From Botryllus schlosseri (lineage: Eukaryota), in the NCBI GenBank assembly GCA_051294905.1, contig CM119376.1, positions 14,136,001-14,200,000 on the forward strand: a stretch of DNA of 64,000 nucleotides, read 5' to 3'. Position 1 is the first letter of the stretch. Every line of letters starts with the position of its first letter. The notes beneath the pieces are model-generated. The model was not told the DNA's origin. It was given only the letters and a program-made list of their open reading frames with translations, and made no database searches. Shown piece by piece: positions 1-12,400 of the stretch. A program made the position numbers and the translations under genes.

Positions 1-416
1 AGGTAGTGTGATCAATGGTCAAGTGGACATGTACACATGGATTTTCAAGGCAAATTGAAAACCAAACTGGGTTATGTCCAAATTATGGACATAAACCTCT
101 TTGACCTTCCACTTGACTAAGGTTTTATGTACGCCTGTGAGGCTCTATGTCCATCATTGCATGTAAGTAAAGTGGCGGGAAGATCCTGCCATGTGTCATT
201 CAAGTGTTCTATAGTATCTCTCAGGATGTAATTACCTTTTTAGTTAGGTTAATGCATGTTCTCGAATATGCTCTGCCAAAATTCAGAGATGAACAGTGTG
301 AGATGCCAGAATTCAAAGTATTGGTAGATTAACAGTGAGAGATGAGATAATAATACTTGTGTTGAAATTTAGATGTTACTCATGTCTTGATGTTTTTACT
401 GGATTCCTATTAAAAT

Positions 417-1425
417 TTGTTGATTACAGGGATATATTATGGTAATTCCCAGTACTTGTGGTTTAAAAGTGGCAGAATGAATCGAATTAGAATAAATTCA
501 AGGGTGTCAACGGATGCCTGGCAATTCGATGAGAAAAACCAGTTGGACACTGACAGATCGTCTTATATGCATTTTGGAGATAATTGGAGGGATGCAAGAA
601 TACAAGGAACAGTTATAAAAGCTTTAGGATCTAAATGGCAAGTGAAAAGTTGTTTCTAGAAGGAATCGCAGATAGACAAGGAAGAGTTGCAGTTGAGCCA
701 TCTTGTTCTGGTGGTGCTGTAAACAGAGGCAGTGACTCTGACTCTGAGGAGATTGAATTAAGTGACTCTGCAGCGGGAAGTGGGGGGTGGTTCAAAATAA
801 TAACAGAACGGTTGTTGTAATGCTATGCCATGCCTCTACTGTTTTTGAATTTGAGGAGATAACTTTAAATTTCATGGTAATTTGACATTCACAAAGTGAA
901 TATGACAATGCACACTCTGTCATTGAAAACGCCACCAGAGGAAAGTGCATATTTACCACAAAACAATGGGAAATGGCAATAAAAATGGCATTTAAGAAGA
1001 ATTCTCCTGAAGTCAATGCCTTTATTACAATGACGTGATTGACTTCAAGTCACAACAGGGTTTTCCGCAGTATGCCTCAATTTGGCGGAGCAAATCCATC
1101 ATTGATGCTGGGAAAAATGCCGGTGAAAAAATTTACTGGTCAAAAGTGATGCAAATGAAATTTTTGAAGGGTTCCAATTCAACAGTTTTTTTCAAGTATA
1201 GTTACAGTGAGCCCTCGTTCCAAAATTTGCAGCTGTCCAGTTCAAGACCAGCAACTAGGTCAAATGCCACAGTTCTACCGCTGCTGTATCAGGAGAGACC
1301 AGGGATTCCGGCAGACAAATACAAAGACTTGTCTAAACTCTTGTGATAAAAATTTGGTTCCTCCACACCTGCATTCCTTTTACAAAACCCTTCCGGTGGC
1401 ATGCACTAGTGAAGGGAGTGACTGA
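417..1425 (+). pseudogene. Degenerate, internally deleted DDD/E transposase, Sola1/2-like
   Basis: Frame from 793 reads QNNNRTVVVML...FMVI*HSQSEYDNAHSVIE...IFTTKQWEMAIKMA, with a stop at 883-885 replacing the G of a GH(S/T)xxExDxxHSxIE motif. A frameshift near 1020 leads into VIDFK...YWSKV...FFKYSY...LYQERPGIPADKYKDL; a second frameshift leads into CDKNLVPPHLHSFYKTL. These motifs recall Sola-type transposases (from memory, not searched). Confidence 0.55.
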
Positions 1426-3135
1426 GTTATTCAGTTTCTTTCATCCGTTTCATTAATTGTGTTCCTGTTTCTTAGTTTGAAATTATTTAGTCTCACTCAT
1501 TCGTTTCATTTGTTACCGGTATGTTCCTGTTTCTTACTTTGACATTATTATGCCATAAAATGCTGATAAAGTACATTATTGACGCATTGATTGGTAATTT
1601 GAAGAGGAATTATGTCCAAGAAAATGCTACTTAGTGGAGGACTATTTGAGAACCAAACCGGCCTATGTCCAAAATGGGGGCTGAAAATAGGGGTTGGTCT
1701 TATTTTGAGAAGCAAAAAATTATGCGATATGCCAGCTATATGCATATATATCAGTATCCCAGGAGCTCACTGCTGGCGTGTGGAGAGTGTGAGCATGATA
1801 ACTCTGGGAAATCTTCTTTTTCGATTATCTCAGCTCGCTGTTTTGTGACATAGCGCAGTTTGGTTTTCCAGCGACGATATATTATGCATCCTGTAAGACT
1901 GTAACCATAGTTTAAAAGCGTTTGAAATCTTCCCTTGTGTATATTCTGTTTGTTATTTATGTTCCGGTTGATGAAGAAATGAAATCTCTCTCTCTGTCTC
2001 ATTTGACGTTGTGACTTAATTTTTGGTTTTCCAATCGAATTTGTTGCAATTGGCCGCCACTCATTCCTAAATCACTTCAGGGTATTTCCGATTTGAGTAA
2101 TTTTTTATGTTTCCTTGATGTTATGCCTGGGGGCTTCAAGCTGAAGCCAATATTGTAAATTGCCCGCCATTATTGTTTAACAAAATTCACATCAGACCGT
2201 CTGTTATCTGATTTTTGTCATTCAGTTGCTCTTTACTAAATTCATGCCCATTTGGATCAGTGTTAGAGATGCTGAAGATTTATCATAGTAATATCGCTTA
2301 GAAATTGTGAAAGATACATTTGCTGTAGCCTGTAGAGATTCATGTTTTATGATGAAAAAATTGAATTGTCCATTGATGAGAATAACCAATGAGATTATGT
2401 TAATGCCAATAATGAAAACAGCAATCAGTGTCGCATGGGGCATACATGCTACATGCTCTTTCAAGCCTCGCAAATCTTCATGGTTCATCGATCTCTCGTA
2501 GTATTGAATTATGCTGTAGAAGTATTTGTGGAATTTCACTGTAGAGTTTGGAATGTGATTATATCTCTTATATCGTGTTTCTAAGAATCATACCCAGCTC
2601 TGGACAAACTGTTTACTCTGGTCTGCATATAGCAGGCAATGTTCTGAATTTGCTACTTCGTTGGGTTGTCTGAAGATGCTAACCACTGAGTTTGATTTTA
2701 GCTTGATGATGACCTGACGTCGAGTACAGACGGTACTGCGAGAGAGCTGTCCGCTTTATTGTCAAAACACCACATCAAAGTAAGCAGTATTTTACAGTGT
2801 ACTGCTGTATTAGATGCTTCAGATCCAATGTAACCGGATAGTGTTGTTGCAACTTGCATTCTATGTTTCTGCGGATTACAGAATCATAGATTTTCTGAAA
2901 ATACACAGCCGATTAATTTGTGCTCGTAACAGCTGTTTGTTCATGCTGAAATCGGGTCTACTTCTGTTGGATACAACTTGATAGATGACCCAAAATAGCG
3001 ATGTATGTCAAAAATGAACACAAATCTTATAAATAAGGACGATATGACAACCCTTATATCCCATGGTTTCATGTCCTACAGTGCTAGTATTAATGTAATA
3101 AGTCGTAATCGTAATGAGTCTTCGTTTATCGGCAG

Positions 3136-3432
3136 GGCCTTCTTCAATCGCACGACGGCGTGGCAGAATTCGCGTATGTGCCCCCACCTCACCCGAACAT
3201 CCCGTCCGCCGTTATGAACCCCGAAGACAAAGTTCTGCTGCAAAACGCGGCCAAATATACCACAAAACCAGCCAAAGTAGTGACTGTTACCAAAAATAAC
3301 GCTCCGTTAGGAGCGACTGTCCGTGTTGAAGAAGACGGCAACGTCATCATTAGCCGCGTTGTCGTCGGTGGGGCCGCGGAAAAGTCTGGATTACTTCAAG
3401 AGGGAGACGAGATACTCGAAGTAAACGGCAGG
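3136..3432 (+). CDS. PALS1: PALS1 exon: end of L27C and most of PDZ
   Basis: cag|GGC...AGG|gtatgt; [11 protein letters not shown]...LEVNGR. Confidence 0.88.
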
Positions 3433-6400
3433 GTATGTAAACATTCCGCAAATTCCGTTTTGTCGCGTCATAGTATGTATCATTTTGATGTCATCTGGCA
3501 CAAAGAAACAGCCGTGTGTTGTTTGGCTGGAGATATCATGTCCCAATTTTTGTGATGTAGAAATGTATCGTGGTAGTGAGCTGTGTTAGGGCTGTGTTTC
3601 TTTGTGATTTTTGCACTTTGTGCTTCTCTTTCAGACCATGAGAGGTTTCGATGTGAACGAAGTGGGCGACGCAATAGGCGCTATGTCTGGAACGCTCAAG
3701 TTTCTCATCATACCCGCCGACGGTAACGTTACTCGAAACGGGGGACATCCGGTTTTTGATATGAGTAAAGAGCCAGTCGTAAGTTTCCTTGGAGGTTGTT
3801 TTTCTTGTATTGTGCATCAGTTCCCAGATCTCTTCATTTTAATTTTGCCCGGTAGCCTACACTGCGCGTTGTGCCATGTGGATGTTGTAATGGGGCACGA
3901 GAGAAGTGTTGAAAATCATTTATTTTATTCAATTTTTCATTGGTTTAAGGTTTTTGCTCGTATCAACTTCCAAGCAAAATAACTCGGTCACTATCATTTA
4001 TTGGTAGGGCTCGACACAACGATTTGAGTACCGGTATGAATTACAATGAAAATATAGGTCTTCACATCAAGGCTTAATATCCATCGCTGTCGTCTCTAAA
4101 TCTCGGCTAGTCGTATCCAAGCTTCAGAAAACACGTAGCACAAGTCTATGAATGTACATGTACATTGTACAATGTGCATGGAATGACATTCTGTCAAGTT
4201 ATTGATCAAGCCTCACACTAGTCACAAAAGGCCACAAAATCGTTCTGTTCCCGAAAGAGTAAATCGTTTTGGATGACTTGAAACTGGCGATATTTTCTTT
4301 GTGGTGGCAAAAACTGGGCGTATCTGAACTTTTTCAGGTCATTATTTCTATTATTAGTACTAATAGGTGGTGCTCAATTACTCAATTCAACATGAAGCTT
4401 AATACTCGAATCTGAATCGAATCACCCAGGTACTCGATATTGCCCATCGCTACTTATTAGATATGCTATCTCAACTCCACACAGTTTTAACGAGTGCGTT
4501 TCTGCCAGCTAGAAAGGCTCTGAAAGAATTCTGACTTCAAGTGGATCCTTTGTTTAATTAGTCTGACCTGATCTTGCTATGGTAAGAGGATTTGATAAGA
4601 GTAGCGCTCTAGTTTTATTTTTCGTTACCATTAAGGATTGAGGTTATATTTGTTTGACTTTGAATTGATGAGATTTTATAATCACCTGGTGCAGGCCACA
4701 CTGTGGTGGTATTCACTGATCGACGGAAGTTACCGTCAGATCGATCTAATCCCGAACTCGAGACAAATTGACAGCGATAAAACACAGAAAAAGTTACGTC
4801 CCTAATCATTGGATTTGGATGTAACCGGAGGTTGTCAAAGTAGCCAGCGTTGTGTAAGAGGAAGTAGAAATTCTTATAATTTACAATTTGTACTTTATAA
4901 TTACAAGTAGAAATAGCAATTATATTATAACTACTTCAATTGGATGTAGAATATGAAAAGTACTCAATTAGGTAATTGCATGAAGTGAATTTGGCAAGGG
5001 TGACATATTTATAGCAGTTAATCCAAGGTGGCTACTTTCAAAATAACATGATTCTTCTTCACGAGTGATACAAAATGACTAATCACACTAAAAGGTACAA
5101 TCTTGGAATTTTTAGAATTTTAATGTTTTCAGTTACAGTGATACAGGAGGTATTTATGATATTTTCGCCCGTAACTGGGATGCTATCTTGTCCTAAACTA
5201 CCTTTTACTTTTCAAAATCCAAAGTAAAAGAGTAGGCAGTTTTTCCCAGAAACTGCTTCGGTCGAAGTGGACTTTAAAACAGTGGTTGTCAACCGCTGGT
5301 CCGTGGCAAGATATATTAGAATTTTATATCTCAATTTCAAAATACAGGGAGCTGGGCACTTCTCAATATTATAGAAATGAAACATCAAATTTTAAACTGA
5401 TTTAGAAGTGTGGGACGTAATTTTTGGATGGTGTCATTATAGAAAGTGCATGGTCTACTTCGGACGTTCATCACGATGGTACCAGCGTTATTAGAAACTG
5501 CTCAATAGTAGCCTACAACTCGCTTCAAAAAGGTTGAGAACCTCTGCTCTAAAAAGAGAACCGCTCCTTCTGTTTCAGACGCACGTCCGAGCGCTTTTCG
5601 ATTACGACGCGTACGACGACATGTTTCTCCCTTGCCGGGAGCTGGGCCTCTCTTTTCAAAAGGGCGACATACTGCACATCATGTCCCAAGACGACAGGGA
5701 CTGGTGGCAGGCTTATAGGGAGGGAGACCAGGACAACCTCACCCTGCCGGGCATGATACCCGCTCAGGACTTCTGGCATCAGTACGTTTTATATGTTCAA
5801 TACGTCAGAATTCGGTTGGAAAATATTCAGAATCAGAATTGTCAAGATTGGTCACATTATACACAAGAATGCGATGTATTGACCTCTGATCAAAACACAG
5901 ACTTGATGTCTTGTATGTTCTTGCTTTTGACGCTTCAGTGTGCTATCAAGCCTTCATTCATGATCTGAAAATCAACAACTGAATCAAAGAGCTTGCTGGG
6001 AATGATTGTTGGAGACATAGTATCAATGTAAATCGTTGACTTTTAGCTTACTCTGATGTCATATCTGAATTGATGGTCATTGTTGGAGTATTTGGTTGTG
6101 GTAAGGTGGTGTTCGTGAAGTATTGCATCACATTACATGTAAATAAAAATAAATCCAAGGAAACTTGTGGTACTGATCCTATTTGTAACCTGATTTGTTT
6201 TGCCTGAGTTCGCATTACTGATATTGTTAGCACTGCAAGGGGAGGCAGGCACTAGCCTACTAAGAAAGCTAAACGATATTCTCGTCAGTATTTTGGGATG
6301 ATATGAATAGGATTTCATGTTTGCTGCAGGCTCGAAGCGATCCGGATATCTCTGGAGAAGAAGGAGGAGGCGCCGGAGGAGAGGAAGAGCTTGATGTGCG

Positions 6401-9400
6401 GGAGGGGACGGAAGAAGAAGAACAAGAAGAAGAAAGGAAAGAAAAAGGACGTCGACACTGTCAGCGAAGGTAAGCTGCCTCTGTATCGAGTGATAGCTAT
6501 GCTTAGCGTATGTCCTCTCTTTAAAAGTAAACGGTCCTCCGAAGACGCTCACAAATGCCCACGCCCAAATGTCCTTTTTTCTGCATTTGAGTTTGTTGCT
6601 AATGCTTTGAACGAGACTTTTAGGTGATACGTTATAATCTTTATATTCATTTCCCAAAAAATTACTGTAGCCATGCAACGATGCTGAATTGTTTGTTTAA
6701 AAAATTACCCACAACTTTTCTGACGGAAGTTCGTACTTTATGATATTTCACGATGTTGTTTAAAAGGATGATTCTTTATTTGCTTTTAGCTGAGTATGGG
6801 AACCGCAAAGTATTAATGAATTTAATTTGTGTATTTTGTTTCTAATTTTTGCTTTGCTTTGTAACTGTAACTTTTGCCTTCAACTCCCAAGGAGATGTAA
6901 AACATCATCAAACTCAAACGTAACAACTCAATTTTTGGTATACTTGCCGGCAAAAAAATGTCTATTTTAGGGTGCTGAAAATATGGTAGGACTGTTGATA
7001 GCTTAATTCGAAATTTGTGTGATGTTCGCTTACGTGACGGTAATTTGGAAAGGGCATTGCGACAGGCATAGGCGCCGACTTTTTTTTTTACGAGGTGGCG
7101 AAGTCTTGTGACGTCATAATTGTTCCGTGTCGATGACGTCATCGTCGCACTAAAACGCACTTTCCTACATGCCGCTGGTGTACGTGCAGAGTACCAATCA
7201 CTGATTGATTGATTGATCAGCGTTAACCATTTGCGTTTTACGTTACGTTTTAATACCGACTCTGCACTCATTATTATCAAACCATGCTGTCGAGTGATTA
7301 AGTGGAATCTTCAAACGGTACGATCATTCGTCCGACGATGTATGCGGGCAATACCGACGATGTATACGGGCCTGTGCATTCCATCATCGAACAAAAATCA
7401 GAATTTACGTCGCCGAGAATTTGAAGTTGCATCAATGTTATCAACGCGCAATGCGTCTTGTGAGTAACGAAATACACCACGCACTGGGCTGGCAAGTTCG
7501 CAAGTAACACACGACAACTCTCGAATATGAGGTTTCAAACCGACAATAATGATGATTACAAACGTGAAATCACGCAGCTAATCAGCAATTGTCTCGTGCG
7601 GTTTCTGGCTTCGCATCGAGGAGCTCGCATCGCGGCAATTGTTTGCAGATTAAAACAGGGATTTTGGCGGCATTGGTGCATTTCCCGATTTATGTTCGCT
7701 AAGCATTTTTGGAGTACATCCAGGCGCGAAGCCAGGGGGTTTCGGGGGTCGAAAGCCCCTCCTTTGAAAGCGCGAATCCGCCACCTTAAACGCGAAACCC
7801 CGCCCTTTTCAAATGAGCGCTCTGACGCTAATACTCGGTTGCAATCAGACATGGGGTGATTACTTCACGAATGTAATCGATTGCGATTACGATTACTTGT
7901 GAATCCCGCGATTACGATTACGATTACAGCAAAATCAGAAAGTAGTCGATTACGATTACGATTACATTTCAAAAGTAATCACGATTACGCACGATTACAT
8001 TTGTTTTGCTTCTTGGAACTAATTTCAGAAGAGATATTGGAAGACAATACAAGGCTTGCGATGAAAAGGTCTAATGAGTTAACAACTTTCTTTATAAATC
8101 ATACGTCATTTGCTTGTTTCGTCATAATGAACCCATTGCCCAACTCTACGCAGGACTATTCGTCGCACCCAACGATTTGCATTGCCAGGTCCGTAATTGC
8201 CAGGCATTGCCAGGTCCGTAATTGCCACACCCCAAACTTCCCAATAGGACCGGGAGCGAGCTCTAAGGGGACTCAAAAGTATTTCGTAAATCAACATAAA
8301 TTATTATAGAGTATTTTCAAGAGAGTTAATTACCTTGAAAATTTTCTTCGAGCTTCGGGATTTAATGTCTCTAAATAGCTTGATTTTGAAATTCTTACCT
8401 CTCCCCCCAAGAAAAAAAGCAAGCATAATTTATAGGAATAGGCATTTCGGTGGCGGTTATTGCTCCGCCACGACACACCAAAAGACGTATGCAATTTCGG
8501 CCAACATACAACCCCACAAAGTGTGGTACCAAAGAATGACCTTCGTGCCAAAACTTTTGATATGTGTCCGTTGCCAGTAGCCGCGCTCTGTGGGCATGAC
8601 GAATAGTCCGTTCCTTCCAATCTGAGCCCCAATAATGCCAATGCCACCCGGGGTACCCACAGAGGAATGAAGACATGACTGTTTGTGTGTGCGTCTCACG
8701 AAAGTTTTTATTTAGTCTGCTACGTTTGGGCGACTACAGTATCTTTTGATTATATAAAAAACGGGAGGTCACGAATCAACAACATAAAATAAAGTAATTA
8801 TAACAACTTACCAGATGCTATAATTATGAATTACGTGCCCCCCAGCTCTACCGGTAAGTCTGAATTAATAGCAATATAATGTAATTACCAATATTATTGA
8901 CGAAATTCAGTCATCGACTTGAAAACTGACCACCCTATGGGGCCCCAATACCCAGGATTGTAATGACTCGAGTCATGACTCGACTCGAGTCGCGATGTTT
9001 TGGTGACTAGACTTGACCCGAGTCATTTTTTCAAATGCGTAAATTGACTCGACTTGTACTAGAGTCATTTTGCATGACTCGAGCCAAGTCATATGACTCG
9101 AGACTAGAACGGCCAAGACAGACATTCCACGTAACTTCGAAGAATAGTAAAGTTACCACATTATTTGTATTTCGTCTATCGGTCCTGATACTTGGAAATA
9201 GGGCCCATAAAAAGTGAAAACTGATGAAAATTACGATATTATGTATACGAGCCATTCTATATCACTCGAGCATAGTTGAAAAAGGGGGGTTGAACCGGAT
9301 TGATCTGAAAACTGATCTGTGAACATAACGACTTGAGGCATCGCACACGAGCCAAACACCATGACTCCGACTCGTCCATATACTAGCTGACTTGGACTCG

Positions 9401-12400
9401 GACTTGACTGGAGGTGAATTGAAAATGACTCGACTTGACTCGAGTCAAAACTATAAAATTGCGATTGACTTGTGACTCGGAACATTGTGACTTGGTTACA
9501 ACCCTACCAATACCAACGTTGGGAGTGGGGCACGAATTGCTGTTTTGGTCCTTATTGTACCTACAACCCACGCTAACATGGTGTATAAGCGGATGGCCGT
9601 GGCGACAGGTATAAATCTCGAGTGAAGAACTATGAAATAACGATCGGCGCCCGTTTCAAGTGGAGTCATATGAGAATAAGATAAAGTGAACCTAAAATTC
9701 TACTTTACACTTAATACAGATACTTAAACCTGCCGTTACGAGAAACAGCAAAGAACGGGTCGGTTATGATATATATCACCAGCTGTTGATTTTAACCATC
9801 GTAATGTTTTATTTGAGTACAAAATTTCAAATCTTTGTCCGGTGTACGTACAATACATACGTATACTACGTAGATAGGCCTACTGCTCGCCAAGCAGCAA
9901 CGGTCAAACTGCGTTTAACTAAGCATAACCAAACATCAATACATAAGCTACTATTTGAAACTAGGCAGAGTGGTGATTATTATCTTGCTGCGAGGTAGTG
10001 GCGTCTGGAGTGTATTGATAACCTGATATACAGCATGGCTCACACTGTTCTAACAATAACACAACAATGTACATCGAATATATATTTAACTACGTGTGGA
10101 TACTTCTTACGGAAGGACGGGCAAAGCTAATACTTATGACGTAATAATGAGCCGTGGCGTTTGAAAATCAACCGTTCGCGCTATCAATAAGCCCATTTAC
10201 ATGGTCAAGTCGTCTTGAAGCCAAGTCGTCTTGGAGTGACGTCATGAGACGGCTTGCCAAAGTGATCGCGTTTACATGGTCATGTTTATCGCAGCTCGAG
10301 TGATACACAGCACTGTGGGATTCAGCTCGGGAATGTGCTACGGCAGTTGATATATCCAGAAATACTTCAACACAATTCTAGAATGACCAAATACACCGTG
10401 TATATATTCTTTCTGATAGTGAGTTGGGCAAGTTATATTGCTGGCTGTACTCGCTTCATAAGTTGTGTTGCTGAACAAATAAGACCACGTGCATATTATA
10501 AAAGCAGTATCATGTACTGATAGAGCTTTCATATTAACCCAGTTGAAAAAAAGTTGTTCAACTGGGTGAATGTGAAAGCTCTATCAGTACATGGTACTGC
10601 TTTTATAATATGCACGTGGTCTTATTTGTTCACCGTCACAACTTATGAAGCGAGTACAACCAACAATATAACTTGCCCAACTCACAATCAGAAAGAATAT
10701 ATACACGGCGTATTTGGTCATTCTAGAATTGTGTTGAAGTATTTCTGGGTTTCTCAACTGCCGTAGCATATTCCCGAGCTGAATCCCAAAGTGCTGTGTA
10801 TCACTCGAGATGCGATAAACATGACCATGTAAACTCGATCACTTTGGCAAGCCGTCTCATGACGTCACTCCAAGACGACTTGGCTTCAAGACGACTTGAC
10901 CATGTAAATGGGCTTAATAACCTGGTATAACATCTCTTCCTTGTTCACGAATGTTCGGTAATGTCATATTCATTGTACAAATAAAAAGTAATCGTTCTTT
11001 CACAAAGAAATCGATTAGATATGTGAAGTAGTCGATTACGATTACGATTACTTTTGATTTTTTTCGAATGTAATCGATTGCGATTACGATTACTTGAAAA
11101 TGCTGTAATCGTCGTAATCGATTACGATTACTAATCGCGATTACCCCATATCTGGTTGCAATTCAGTCGTATTATCAGTGTTACGCGCGGCCAATTAACG
11201 AAAGGCGTGTCGACAATAAGCGAGATTCGTCCGTACGCATTGCACTGCACAATGTAACGCGACACGATCTCCCGCTGAGAGAATTGCAAAATTAGGTCAT
11301 TCATTGCCCCGCGCTCGGCAATTGCTGGTAGCCTCATTTATCGCGTCACCTACAAGCCTAATTCCACTGGCTTGAATAATCGCATCTGCAATAGGCCGGG
11401 TGCGCACGATATCATCGTTGGCTTACAAAATCGCATCTGCATTGGCTTGGTGCACACGAGATCATCACTGGCCTACACAATCGCATCTGCAATAGGCCTA
11501 GTACGAAAGATGTCGCTAGCCTAACTACCGCGTCTCGGGCCTACCATGCTTTGGCTCCTACTTCCCGATGGCGATAGCTTGGATAAAATGCCGTTAAGTG
11601 TATGCTGATTAGCGATTGTGGTTAAAGAGTGACTTCGCGAAACTGAATGACATCGAATGTCCGCAAACATGTGCGACGCGTGCGTACATGCGTAATTGAT
11701 TCCCGCTAATACTTGAGCATAACCATCAGAAGCTGTGATAAGGCTTGAGTTATAAAAGAAGAAAGGTTTGAACCACCTGAAATCGGCGTCATTGTAGCAC
11801 ATATTCCAAATAAACTGGTACATTTTGACTTGCGCAAATCGTCGCCAAGGCTACATAAGACGTAGGACGCATTGATAAGCGCGCGTATTTAATTGTTCAC
11901 GACCGATCAGGTAGTCGCTAATTAACAGCACTTCCGGACTAGTCGACAAGCTTATCATACGAGTATGCCGTATAATCATCAACACGATGATATCGTGCAC
12001 AACAGGCAGAAGCCGCCAATGCAGATGCGATTGCGTAGACAAGCGATGATATAGTTTGAACTGGGCCTATTGCAGATGCGATAAATCAGGCTGGCGACAA
12101 TTGCCACGCGCAAGACAATGACTGACCTAATTTCGCGACCATCTCAGCGGGATATCATCACAGACTCTTCGCGCTGATTGAAAACTTGCCTGTCGCAAAT
12201 TGGGCGCACGAACACTGATAATACAATTATTGAATTGCAACTGAATATATGATTTAATATTGTCATTTCAAAATGACGGGGTTTCGCGTTTCAAACAGGG
12301 GGATTCGAACCTCCTGGCTACGAGCATGGTACACACGCGTATAAATAACTAAGACGTCTCTAAGGATGTCGCATCGATTCGCCTGATTACTAATTACTGG

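Larger units (their letters stand above)
7846..11154. mobile_element. Non-autonomous hAT element (3.3 kb) with CGATTA subterminal arrays
   Basis: TIRs cagacatggggt / accccatatctg; perfect 8-bp TSD GTTGCAAT (7838-7845 and 11155-11162); (CGATTA)n arrays at 7870-8000 and 11030-11145. Confidence 0.85.
7834..12245. mobile_element. TA-flanked foldback element (~1.1 kb when reconstituted) with long degenerate TIRs
   Basis: TA|ctcggttgcaat(tcagtcgtattatcagtgtt) ... aacactgataatac..tgaattgcaactgaa|TA. Internal ~50-bp repeats with the ATCGCATCTGCAATAGGCC core are inverted between the two arms. Confidence 0.65.
7721..12328. mobile_element. Outermost ~200-bp hAT-like MITE, split by nested insertions
   Basis: 7721-7830 caggcgcgaagccaggggg...aaacgcgaaaccccgcccttttcaaatga is an inverted repeat of 12260-12328 (reverse complement catgctcgtagccaggagg...aaacgcgaaaccccgtcattttgaaatga). 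Flanks only partly duplicated (gtacatc/gtacaca). Confidence 0.55.

Noticed and set aside
2222-2760. Minus-strand ORFs as LINE ORF1 or endonuclease
   Set aside because: Only vague resemblance and no diagnostic motif; left unannotated. The same applies to 42524-42760, 53408-53611 and 62209-62847.
10335-10769. Paired near-identical ORFs on opposite strands (toxin-antitoxin-like appearance)
   Set aside because: They arise automatically from the palindrome; no splice context or recognisable domain.
7870-11145. CGATTA arrays, and elsewhere GACTCG, ATCCCGGG and ~50-bp repeats, as a CRISPR-like array
   Set aside because: No constant repeat with unique spacers and no cas genes. The context is eukaryotic and the arrays are subterminal repeats of elements with TIRs and TSDs.
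12285-12325. Minus-strand GGAGGTTCGAATCCCCC resembling a tRNA T-arm or B-box
   Set aside because: No cloverleaf or A-box. It is the inverted repeat of 7721-7760, i.e. a MITE end.
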